A stretch of DNA of 35,992 nt from an uncultured Oscillospiraceae bacterium (lineage in GTDB: Bacteria > Bacillota > Clostridia > Oscillospirales > Acutalibacteraceae): positions 1 through 35,992 of the forward strand of contig CABMOR010000001.1 in the NCBI GenBank assembly GCA_902388225.1, in the 5' to 3' direction. The position numbers were made by a program, and so were the translations under genes. The number at the start of each line of letters is the position of its first letter. Position 1 is the stretch's first letter. Shown here one piece after another: positions 1 to 8,977 of this stretch. The notes beneath the pieces were generated by a model, which worked only from the letters and a program-made list of their open reading frames with translations, searched no databases and was not told the origin of the DNA.

Positions 1-129
1 TTAACTGCGTTTTGTGCCTTACTGAGACCAAATCTGCACACGGTAAACTGCAAAGCATCAAAAATGCTTGGAGTAAAGATGAGATTTGTTGTCTTGAGAC
101 GGCAGCCTTGCCGGCGCAAGGCAACAGCG

Positions 130-149
130 AAAGCGATAAATATCGCTTT
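130..149 (-). terminator. Stem-loop just downstream of the permease stop (possible operon terminator)
   Basis: Palindrome AAAGCGATA-aa-TATCGCTTT lies 36 nt past the stop at 185. Two more palindromes follow at 105-122 (GCCTTGC cggc GCAAGGC) and 53-69 (AAGCAT caaaa ATGCTT). No clean U-tract. Confidence 0.25.
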
Positions 150-184
150 AATACTGCGTTTTTGACGGGTTCGGATTATTACCG

Positions 185-1112
185 TTATCCTACAATACCG
201 CTCTGGGAAACGCCCTGAACAAAGAATTTTTGTCCGAAAATATAGACGATAACCAGAGGAAGTACCGAAAGCACTATACCTGTATCGATAATTGCGTTAC
301 GGAAAACATTGGTGAAAGACTCGATGTTGACTCCGTATGCCCTAAGTCCTATAAGCGCATTGGTGATAACGGTATAGTCGCTGTGCCCAAGGAAGAGCTG
401 GGAATAATAGTTATCGGTCCACTGCCATGAAAAGGCAAAGAGGATTATGGTAACCATCATCGGCACAGCATTGGGCAGCATGAGACGGAAGAAAATTCCC
501 AGATGGCTTGAGCCGTCGATCATTCCTGCCTCCTCTATCTCGGTGGGCATTCCGCGGAAGAACTGCCGCAGCATGTATATATAGAGGGAGTTTTTAAAGG
601 CCACGGCCGTAGCCGACAGAATAATAAAGGGCAAAACTCCGTTGGAAATGTCTATTCGTCCGCCGCCGAAAAGCGATACAAGACCAAGGGGATTAATGTG
701 GGCAAAGTTCATATACAGCGAAGCCCAGTCCCCTGCCCTTAAATTTAAAGCGGGCAAGTCCGTATGCGGTAAGTGTACAGCTCAGGGTTTGGAGCACTGC
801 CGTCACAGCGCATAAAATCAAGGTTCGAAGCAGAGTCATCCAATAATCCATAATACCCATTGTGGTTACAACGGTGTAGAGCGAAAAATGTTTTGGTATA
901 TACTGCACCGTACTGTCGCTCAGGTCATCATAGCTGAGAAACATGGTACAAACCTTTTCAATAAACGGAAACAGAATCAGGAAAATAATTCCGATAAGAA
1001 CGACATGGCAGAGAATGTTGCCGCCGTGGTCGACATAAAACTTCTTGGTAAATATCGCCTTGCGTTTCTTTTTGGGCTCTGCCGCAACGTTAGCTTCTTT
1101 TACAGCTTCCAT
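185..1112 (-). pseudogene. Carbohydrate ABC transporter permease (MalG/CUT1-type), reading frame broken
   Basis: Overlapping minus ORFs 693..1112 and 185..757 are consecutive pieces of one permease. The first has an N-terminal TM1, periplasmic loop and TM2, ending ...TAYGLARFKFKGRGLGFA. The second carries the EAA-loop motif MPTEIEEAGMIDGSSHLGIFFRLMLP and the last two TMs. The frame switches near 705-725. ATG at 1112 is preceded by GGAGG. Confidence 0.75.
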
Positions 1113-1142
1113 TCATAACACCTCCTGATAATTTTTCCGATT

Positions 1143-2117
1143 TTACTTGTTCTCATAGAATACGAAGTGGTTTACCACGGCTACCACTACCGCTACTATA
1201 ACACCGACAAAGGCGAGATAAACAAACGCTCTTGCCGAGGCGTCTTCATAAGCACCGGCGGTTATCTTTCCGAATATTTCGGACATAACACCGTTGTTAG
1301 CGCTGGTAAAGCTATCGACAATGGTATAGACCATGTTAACAAGAATAAGCGGACTAATCATGGGAATGGTTATTTTCCAGAAGCTTTCCCACCATGTGGC
1401 ACCTTCAACCGTAGCCGACTCGTAGATGGCCGGGGAAATCGACTGAAGTCCGGCAAGGAAGATTATAAGCTGAACGCCGGAATTTGTCACTATGCTGTAT
1501 ATGTTGTCAATGGCCCCCGAAACAATGGAGGTAAGCTGGGGACTTATGCTCAAGGAATTAAGGAGAAGTTTTATGTCCACCTCAGTAAAGAGACCTCCGG
1601 CCACGTTTCCGGATTCGGACGCCAGAGCGGCCGCCGAAACAAGAGACATGTTATCGGCCGTTACGATAACGCCGGTAGATATAACAACCGGCAGAAAGAG
1701 CATGGCTCTGTAAAAGCCTTTACCACCGATATTGCGGTTGAGCAGGGTTGCTATTATGAGCGAATAGATCAGAATAATCAGCACGTTGAGAAGCATGTTA
1801 CCCAGCGACTCCACTATTCCGCGGATAAAGTAGGCGTCGCCGAAAATGGCGTCGCGATAATGCTCAAGTCCCACAGGGGTAAAAACATAGCTTACCTTGT
1901 CCACATCACTTATGCTGAACCGGAAGGATTCCACAAGTGCAGGAAGATATATTAACAGCAAACCGATGAGAAAAGGAAGGATGAAAATATAACCCATGGC
2001 GTTTTTCCTGGCAGTCAGATCCATCCTGCTTCTTTTACGTTTAATTCTCAGGGCGGTCTCCCCGCCGTTTCCGACGACATCGGCGCTTGCGCTTTGCGCG
2101 GCATTTTTAAGTTTCAC
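1143..2117 (-). CDS. Carbohydrate ABC transporter permease (MalF/CUT1-type)
   Basis: 324-aa ORF with a GTG start preceded by GGAGGG. It has multiple TM helices and the EAA-loop motif SPAIYESATVEGATWWESFWKITIP. It lies 17 bp downstream of the lipoprotein gene. Confidence 0.85.
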   Translation of the reverse strand: MKLKNAAQSASADVVGNGGETALRIKRKRSRMDLTARKNAMGYIFILPFLIGLLLIYLPALVESFRFSISDVDKVSYVFTPVGLEHYRDAIFGDAYFIRGIVESLGNMLLNVLIILIYSLIIATLLNRNIGGKGFYRAMLFLPVVISTGVIVTADNMSLVSAAALASESGNVAGGLFTEVDIKLLLNSLSISPQLTSIVSGAIDNIYSIVTNSGVQLIIFLAGLQSISPAIYESATVEGATWWESFWKITIPMISPLILVNMVYTIVDSFTSANNGVMSEIFGKITAGAYEDASARAFVYLAFVGVIVAVVVAVVNHFVFYENK

Positions 2118-2134
2118 TTGAAATCCCTCCTTCC

Positions 2135-4771
2135 TTATTTACTCACCACAGCAAAGTTTTTGGCTCCCACGGTCACTCCGTCGACCTGAACATCGCTGTC
2201 GTTATAGTTTACGGCAATCCGTCTGCCGTTTTCGTATGTGGTAACATATACTCCGTCGGCCACCTTATCGTGTCCGGTAATGATACAGTTTTGAACTCCG
2301 TCAAGCACTGCCGAAACACGCTTATAGTCCGAAATCGCCGTATCGATCCATCTTTCATAGCTTGTGGAATAAAGCTCGGAATAGTTGGTATCCTTGACCA
2401 TTTCGGGTTTGGCGTAGTTCATAATGTATCTGATTCCGGCGCCGTATTCAACCGACTTGAGGATAAGCATATCATAGTTATCCGAAAGATTGAGCGCCTG
2501 ACCGGCGTAGGAAACATATCCGTGGGTCACTATCTGCATAAACGGCACGCTTTCGGCTGCGAAGGAAAGTCCGCTGTTATCCATGGCGATGTCCATTATG
2601 TCGGTAGCGTAGGGCAATGCGTAGGCGTTACCCACATCCACCATAATCTTGTTGCTTTCCGAAATCTTTTGTAGAAGCTCAATGCTATCGGTTCTGACCT
2701 GCTCACGGTGGACTGTGTTTTCTTCAAAGTCGGAGAACATGGTGTCGCCCACCGTCGAAAGAGCAATAGCCCCGGTCTCAAGCTTGGACATACGCTTCAT
2801 TATGTCGTCGATTTTGGAAAGAATGGTCGAGCTCTTGTTTACTATCTGGGTAAAGGAAAGGGCAATTTCCTTTTGAATTATGTTGCTTGAGGTTTTGGAA
2901 TAGGTAACAAGGGTTCCTTCCATGAACCTGGCATGGCTGGAAGCCAATCCGAGACCGCCGCTGTTTTCTTCAAAAACAAGCTCGGCGTTGGGGTAAAGGG
3001 TGTCTCCGTTTTGTCCCATATACTCGGCCAGACTTGCAACATCCTTTGCCTTTCCCACAACCGAATTGACATTTCCTATTTTGGAAAGGCTGTTTTGGTA
3101 TTTGTCACCGAAAAGATTGTTATACCTTACGGCAATGTTGGATACGCCGCCCTGTATGAGCAGGTCATAAATCTCCCGGCACTGGTCAACAGTGGTCAGG
3201 GCACGGTTGGCATTGTAGGCATATCCGATTAAGGTTTCCTTTCGAAACACCGAGCCGTAGGTTTCAAAGTAGAATTTTGTCGAGCTGTCCGAAAGCTTTT
3301 CTTTGTCGGAAAAGATTTTGTCTCTGACCTTTTCGGCCATTCCCATATAGTTGGATTTCTCCCCTGTGAGGAAGCTATAGCTTATGGAAATGTCCTTGTC
3401 ATACGGCTTATTGGCAAACTTAAGCAGATTACTCAGGTTTGACATTCCGTTGGAAAGATAGGTATCAAATTCGGCAAGCTGATATTCCGTACCGATGTGG
3501 GCATAGGGTGTTACGTCGGAATAGACGGGATCATACTCGATGGTTCCCTGCCCCGAACCGTTATCCACATATGCCACAAAGGAATTGTCTCCGTTGGTCA
3601 CACCGAAGACGGGCAGAGCGGCTTGCTTCATAGTGCCGTTTATAGATTTGGTCCACTGGGTATGGTCGGGACCGTAGAAGGGTAGCGAAACGTTATTTTT
3701 GGTCTGGGTCTTAATGTCAAAAATCGAACCGCTTCCGTCGGGAACAAATACATATCCGTCGCTTCCGTCGGCTATTGTTCCGAAATAAGGCAGAACCGAT
3801 ACCGAATAAAGCTTGAAGTTGTCGTCGTCGTATCTTATCTGGTCTGCGGGGACGTTAACATGAAGTCCGTCCTCCCCGAGGGTATACTCTACCGTGATAA
3901 AGAAGTTTGCCTCGGCAGGGGTTTCGGAGTCGTATCCGATCTTTTCATATTCCTCCTCTACCCTCTCAACAGTCCAGCCAATGGGGCGGAGAGCCTCGCT
4001 GACAAATTTGGTTTTCATGAGCTTGGCGACGCCCTGAATAATGTAGAGATCTTCAGATTTTATGAGAGGATACTGAGTAGCAATTGCCTGCTGCTGCTCC
4101 TTATCAATCTTGTCGTACTCATTGAGAATGTAGAAGTTTGCAAAGCGGTTTCTCTGAGTTGCATTGAGTTTTTCGTATATTTCGTTATAGGTGTCCACCG
4201 TCATAACATCGGGAAGCAGATAGTAGTCGATGGTGGTACCTATCTTGTACGCCACCCTTATGCCGTTGTCCATGGCATAGCACATAACCGTGGGGGCATA
4301 TTCGTTGTTGTTGAGCAAAGCATCCTTATAGCTTGAGAATACTGTGCTCTTGTTGTTGGAGTCGTAATAATTGATAAGTATCTGGGAAAGGTATTTTTCC
4401 TTTGTAGACTCAACGGTCGTGGATTCTGCAAAGTCGCTTTCGCTCAGGTTACTCTTCCAAATATATCCCGTACTCTTTACCTTAACACATACAGTCAAAG
4501 TTTCGGGGTCTATCATCAACTGATAATTGCTGTTGTCGGCTACAAGGTCATATCCTTCAACATCGGCCTGGCCTCTTGAGGTGAACTTGGTTCCCTCGAG
4601 ATTATTAAGGTCTATGTCAAGGACGCTTTGCTCTTCCAAATCGTCAGATGATGTAGATGAAACTGCGTCGTTATCCGAGTCGGTATCGGTGGAACTGCCG
4701 CAGCCGGTTATTGACAGTAGAAGTGCAAGACAAAGTAATATTACGCTCAAGTGTTTAAATCCGGTTTTCAT
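2135..4771 (-). CDS. Large extracellular lipoprotein of unknown function (878 aa)
   Basis: Signal peptide plus lipobox (LLLSITG-C-GSS), then a Ser/Asp/Thr-rich linker and about 820 aa with no motif I can assign to a characterised family. It possibly belongs to a DUF family that co-occurs with Yip1/ABC genes (from memory, unverified). RBS AAAGGA lies before the ATG. Confidence 0.8.
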   Translation of the reverse strand: MKTGFKHLSVILLCLALLLSITGCGSSTDTDSDNDAVSSTSSDDLEEQSVLDIDLNNLEGTKFTSRGQADVEGYDLVADNSNYQLMIDPETLTVCVKVKSTGYIWKSNLSESDFAESTTVESTKEKYLSQILINYYDSNNKSTVFSSYKDALLNNNEYAPTVMCYAMDNGIRVAYKIGTTIDYYLLPDVMTVDTYNEIYEKLNATQRNRFANFYILNEYDKIDKEQQQAIATQYPLIKSEDLYIIQGVAKLMKTKFVSEALRPIGWTVERVEEEYEKIGYDSETPAEANFFITVEYTLGEDGLHVNVPADQIRYDDDNFKLYSVSVLPYFGTIADGSDGYVFVPDGSGSIFDIKTQTKNNVSLPFYGPDHTQWTKSINGTMKQAALPVFGVTNGDNSFVAYVDNGSGQGTIEYDPVYSDVTPYAHIGTEYQLAEFDTYLSNGMSNLSNLLKFANKPYDKDISISYSFLTGEKSNYMGMAEKVRDKIFSDKEKLSDSSTKFYFETYGSVFRKETLIGYAYNANRALTTVDQCREIYDLLIQGGVSNIAVRYNNLFGDKYQNSLSKIGNVNSVVGKAKDVASLAEYMGQNGDTLYPNAELVFEENSGGLGLASSHARFMEGTLVTYSKTSSNIIQKEIALSFTQIVNKSSTILSKIDDIMKRMSKLETGAIALSTVGDTMFSDFEENTVHREQVRTDSIELLQKISESNKIMVDVGNAYALPYATDIMDIAMDNSGLSFAAESVPFMQIVTHGYVSYAGQALNLSDNYDMLILKSVEYGAGIRYIMNYAKPEMVKDTNYSELYSTSYERWIDTAISDYKRVSAVLDGVQNCIITGHDKVADGVYVTTYENGRRIAVNYNDSDVQVDGVTVGAKNFAVVSK

Positions 4772-4815
4772 AAATTTCCATCCTTTTGCATAATTTTGTC
4801 TGTTATTCTTAAACC

Positions 4816-7098
4816 TTACATTCTGTATGTAATCTCAACAATGATACTGTCAATAAAGTTATAGATTCTTTGATAGGTAGTGATGATAAGCAGGGCTACA
4901 AAGACGATAATGGCCATTCCAAGACCGCTCATAATTATTGAACCGAGACTGCTTGCCACGGTGTACCGATGAGTAACCGTATTACCCACAAAGAGCAACA
5001 AACCGGTCCATATAACTCCGAGAGAGGAGAAGAAGGTTATATACATGGCTTCGTCAAGAATGAGAATGTGGGAAAGTCCGATGTTGAGCAGGGCCATGAG
5101 CACCATGGGCATGAGGGCATATCCCGTAAACTTATATATATCCTTCATGTTGCCCTCACCGTTGGCAAGGGTGGTAACACTCCAGTTTGCAACTACCCAA
5201 AGCAGAATGGGAAGCATAACCATGGATATCTCCTTAATGGGAGATATCTGTGTGCCGTAGCTCCCGTTAAAGAGGTAGTTTGTAAAGAGCTTTGAGAAAA
5301 TCTGAACAAGAGCCAGAAGTCCCATAATAAGTGTTGCGGCCGGAGCCGAGCCTCGATTTTCGTGCTTCAAATCCCAGAAGCCGTCAAAGGGGTGAATCAT
5401 GACATAGAACTCATATAAGAAGGAATTGAGGAAACCCTGGCGTTTGTCTTTATACTTCTCGCTGCGGTTGCGTTTTCCTATCCAGCCGAATAGCTTTATG
5501 AGAAGGAAGACTATGACCACAAAGATGAGAACTATCCACACAAGACTTGTTTCGATAATCTTATTTCGGTATTCTCCCAAGGCCACCGAATATCTTTCCA
5601 TGTTGTTTGAATATTTGAAGTTTTGCACGGCATCGAGATAGTCGCCGGTGCGGAGCTGAGCATTTGCTATTCCGTCATAGGCAATGTCAAAGTTTGCGTT
5701 TTCGTTGAGCACCTGTTCCCAATACTGAACGCTTTCGTCATACTCAAATCTGCTGTAACATTCGTATGCCTCATCGATGAGGGTTCCGTATTTTGTTATG
5801 GAAAAGACCGTAAAACTGCTTCCCTTTGCGTCGGCGTCAAGGAGAATAAGGTCCTCTCCCTTGTAGGTAATGGAAACAGGAGTAATGGAATTACCTACCT
5901 GATTACCGGTTCCGCTGAAGGCATAGAGCAGCTCGCCGTCCACCGAATAGGTGAAAAGGCGGTTTTTACGGGTGTCCATAATGGTATATCTGCCGCTGGG
6001 AGAGAGGGCTACATCGGCGATAACCGAAACCTGGGCCTGACCCAGGGAGTCGTATTTGAAGCTGATGTCTCCGACGGTGGAATAGTAACCGCTGCGAACC
6101 AGTACGTCGTTTCCGGTGGGGTTAAGGCGCTTGACCGGAGAATACTTGGAGTCTTTGGATCTTCCGTTTATGGTAGAGGTTATCTCGTCCGAACTTATGG
6201 AGCTTGTGGTGGCGTAAACAAAGCCCTTGTCGTCAATTCTTATGTTGTTATACTCGGTGGGAACAAAGGAAGCCATCTGACTTTGCTGTTCCTTTGAAAG
6301 CATGGTCTTCCAAATATAGTCGATTACGTTATAGCTGACCTTCTGGGCACCCACAAACCCGCTGAACATGCCGTCACGGTCGAGAAGCAGAATACCCATG
6401 TTGACACTTTGGGCAACAACAAAGATGTTTTCCGACTGGTCGACGGCTATCTTTTTGGGACGGTAGACATAGTCCTCGTCAATAAGACTTTTCAGCTGGC
6501 TTCCCTCCATGTTTACAGGGCTGTCATAAGTCCTTATAAACTTTCCGCCGGGAGTAAATCTGACAATACGCTGATTCTGGGTGTCGGCCACATAAATGGT
6601 TTTATCGGGAGCAATGGTCACACCTTCGGGACGGTTAAAGGAGTCTTCCTTTCCGTTGTTATTGAAGGTGGTTATTACAAATTTCACACTGTAATCGGGG
6701 TTTAAAACCACCAGACGACCGACCTTGGCGTTGGTGTCCTCGATAACGTCATCGCCTTCGCTCTCGGCGGAGGCGTCAAACTCTCCGGCCACGGCCGTTC
6801 CGGCTTCAACACCCGCTACATCGTAATCTGTGTCAACAATGTATACGTTGTTTTCGGTGTCGACCTCAATGTCCTGAGGATTGGTAAAATCCCCGATTCC
6901 CAAATCCGATCCCGAAAATGTCTGGCTCGGAATGTAGGCGTGGGGAGTGATTATGGGATTGCCGCTATAATCATACATATATGTATCATAGGGCACGGAA
7001 GATGACTCCACCGTCTTGGCCGACGCAGTCACACAAAACACGCCAAGTACCATAATCACCGCTATTGTTATACTTAGTACTTTTTTAAATATTCGCAT
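4816..7098 (-). CDS. Secreted NHL-repeat beta-propeller fused to a C-terminal Yip1-like polytopic membrane domain (760 aa)
   Basis: N-terminal signal peptide (VFCVTASA-KT). Repeated NHL-like blades include NVYIVDTDYD, TIYVADTQNQRIVRFTPGGKF, ENIFVVAQSVNMGILLLDRDGMF and RYTIMDTRKNRLFTYSVDGELLY. A helical segment follows, then a TM anchor (LVWIVLIFVVIVFLLIKLF), then HPFDGFWDLK... and five more hydrophobic helices typical of Yip1-domain proteins. Confidence 0.8.
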   Translation of the reverse strand: MRIFKKVLSITIAVIMVLGVFCVTASAKTVESSSVPYDTYMYDYSGNPIITPHAYIPSQTFSGSDLGIGDFTNPQDIEVDTENNVYIVDTDYDVAGVEAGTAVAGEFDASAESEGDDVIEDTNAKVGRLVVLNPDYSVKFVITTFNNNGKEDSFNRPEGVTIAPDKTIYVADTQNQRIVRFTPGGKFIRTYDSPVNMEGSQLKSLIDEDYVYRPKKIAVDQSENIFVVAQSVNMGILLLDRDGMFSGFVGAQKVSYNVIDYIWKTMLSKEQQSQMASFVPTEYNNIRIDDKGFVYATTSSISSDEITSTINGRSKDSKYSPVKRLNPTGNDVLVRSGYYSTVGDISFKYDSLGQAQVSVIADVALSPSGRYTIMDTRKNRLFTYSVDGELLYAFSGTGNQVGNSITPVSITYKGEDLILLDADAKGSSFTVFSITKYGTLIDEAYECYSRFEYDESVQYWEQVLNENANFDIAYDGIANAQLRTGDYLDAVQNFKYSNNMERYSVALGEYRNKIIETSLVWIVLIFVVIVFLLIKLFGWIGKRNRSEKYKDKRQGFLNSFLYEFYVMIHPFDGFWDLKHENRGSAPAATLIMGLLALVQIFSKLFTNYLFNGSYGTQISPIKEISMVMLPILLWVVANWSVTTLANGEGNMKDIYKFTGYALMPMVLMALLNIGLSHILILDEAMYITFFSSLGVIWTGLLLFVGNTVTHRYTVASSLGSIIMSGLGMAIIVFVALLIITTYQRIYNFIDSIIVEITYRM

Positions 7099-7137
7099 TC
7101 AAATATCCCCTTGTTACAATATCGGTTGGAAATGAGC

Positions 7138-7989
7138 TTACTCCTTAATACCGGAGGATGACATGGTTTCCACTATGTTACTCTGCGAGAACATAAAGAC
7201 GGCAATAGGCAGTATCATCATAAACACCACCGAGGCGGCGCCTGCACCGGCTCGGGAAATACCTGCCGAAATTATCTGCGATATTGCATAGTTTAGGGTT
7301 TTTAACTGCTCGGTGTAGATGTAGGTCGCACCGGTGGAGTTCCAAAGTCCCTGGAAGGAGAAAACGATAAGTGTCAGCCACGCAGGCTTTACCATGGGCA
7401 TTACTATGGTCCAGAAAATCCTCATTTCTCCCGCACCGTCTATCTTGGCTGCTTCGATTATGGTGTCCTTTACCATTGACTCCATATGCTGTTTCATAAG
7501 GTAGAGTCCCAAGGTAGAGGAGAAGGCCGGAAGAATTATTGCCCAGTAGGTATCGATAAGCCCCAGCTTTGACATGATGATGAAGGTGGGAATGGCGGTT
7601 GAACCGCTGAACATAAGGGAGGTTACTATCAACTTAAATATTGAATTTGAGCCGTAAAACCTCTTTTTTGACAGAGCATACGCCGCCATGGAAGCGATTA
7701 TAACATGTCCGAAGGTTCCCACAATGGAGATGAAAAGGGTATTAAATATGTATCTGGAGAAAGGAACCCAGGAATTGCTCAGATTGGAAAAAAGATCGGC
7801 AAAGTTTTTAAGGGTGGGCTTTGCAACCCAAAAACGCGGGGGGAAAATCCAAAGTTCGTCCAAAGGCTTTAAGGAGGTGATTATGGCATAATACATAGGA
7901 AGAACCATAAGTATACCGAAGATAAACAGAATAATAAATATTCCGATATCGCCGCCGGTGGACCGGTTTACACGATGATTTTTTGCCAT
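7138..7989 (-). CDS. Carbohydrate ABC transporter permease (MalG/CUT1-type)
   Basis: 283-aa ORF with six predicted TMs and EAA loop DTIIEAAKIDGAGEMRIFWTIVMP. It sits 2 bp downstream of the preceding permease gene. Confidence 0.9.
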   Translation of the reverse strand: MAKNHRVNRSTGGDIGIFIILFIFGILMVLPMYYAIITSLKPLDELWIFPPRFWVAKPTLKNFADLFSNLSNSWVPFSRYIFNTLFISIVGTFGHVIIASMAAYALSKKRFYGSNSIFKLIVTSLMFSGSTAIPTFIIMSKLGLIDTYWAIILPAFSSTLGLYLMKQHMESMVKDTIIEAAKIDGAGEMRIFWTIVMPMVKPAWLTLIVFSFQGLWNSTGATYIYTEQLKTLNYAISQIISAGISRAGAGAASVVFMMILPIAVFMFSQSNIVETMSSSGIKE

Positions 7990-7991
7990 TA

Positions 7992-8933
7992 TCAGTTACC
8001 CACCTTTCTGAGAAGCTTCTGGATCACCTTATTGGTGACTATCATAACAAGGAAGAGCACGGTGGCAATTGCCGATGCATAACCCATTTCGTAACGCATC
8101 CCGCCGTAGTCTTCAAGGTGGTGCATTATTGTATGTACGGCATATCCGGTACTGGGGAAACCGCAAAGACCGGTGACAACGCCGCCGACGCCGAATGCTC
8201 CGGTGATGCTCATAACAGCCGAGAACATGAGGGACTCACGCATGAGCGGCAGGGTAACAAACCAAAGCTCCTGCCAACGGTTACGAACTCCGTCCACCGC
8301 CGCAGCTTCATAATATGTACGGTCGACGCCCTGGAAACCTGCGATAAAGGCAAGGAAGGAGGTTCCAAGACTGGTCCAGAGAATAACCACAATACAAAGC
8401 GGCATCATATAGTCGGTGTTGGTAAACCAAAGAATCGGCGAATCTATTATTCCGAGCTTTAGCAGGAAGGCGTTGACCAAACCGTAGCTGTCGCTGGAAA
8501 ACATGAGTGTGAATATAAGGAAGGCGTTACCCGAAATGGAGGGCGCATAAAAGCAAAGGGTTATAAATGCGCGAACCTTGGGGGTAAACTCGTTTATACA
8601 CCATGCAAAGAAGAAGCAGAGCAGATATCCCACAGGCCCGGTAATTCCGGCAAGTATAAGCGTATTGCGTATGGCTATGAGGAATATTTCATCGCGTAGA
8701 AGCAGCCTCGAATAGTTTTCAAATCCGACGAAATTAGGCCACTGGAGCATGTTAAAGTCGGTAAAGCTGAAAAACATGGAAACCGCAACAGGTAACACGG
8801 TGAATATTATAAACAGTATTACATAAGGCGCACTCATAAGATACCCGACGCGGTCATCCCATATTTTTGTGAGCACCTGCTTGCCGGTCAGTTTCTTACG
8901 ATCTTCCCGAGGCTGCCTTTTAAAAAGCTTCAT
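7992..8933 (-). CDS. Sugar ABC transporter permease (MalF/CUT1-type)
   Basis: 313-aa polytopic ORF with EAA loop TYYEAAAVDGVRNRWQELWFVTLP. Confidence 0.9.
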   Translation of the reverse strand: MKLFKRQPREDRKKLTGKQVLTKIWDDRVGYLMSAPYVILFIIFTVLPVAVSMFFSFTDFNMLQWPNFVGFENYSRLLLRDEIFLIAIRNTLILAGITGPVGYLLCFFFAWCINEFTPKVRAFITLCFYAPSISGNAFLIFTLMFSSDSYGLVNAFLLKLGIIDSPILWFTNTDYMMPLCIVVILWTSLGTSFLAFIAGFQGVDRTYYEAAAVDGVRNRWQELWFVTLPLMRESLMFSAVMSITGAFGVGGVVTGLCGFPSTGYAVHTIMHHLEDYGGMRYEMGYASAIATVLFLVMIVTNKVIQKLLRKVGN

Positions 8934-8977
8934 AAATTTTTTCTCCCTCGTTATAGATTTAAGTAAGCTCTTGTCGC

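Noticed and set aside
12-218. 68-aa plus-strand ORF at the window edge
   Set aside because: It spans three palindromic stem-loops downstream of the permease operon and has no RBS, so it is probably non-coding.
1167-1955. 262-aa plus-strand ORF
   Set aside because: It lies entirely antisense to a well-supported ABC permease gene. The composition is Gly/Arg/Asn/Tyr-rich, there is no RBS and no recognisable motif, so it is a shadow ORF.
5623-6297. 224-aa plus-strand ORF
   Set aside because: It is antisense to the NHL-repeat region, with no independent support.
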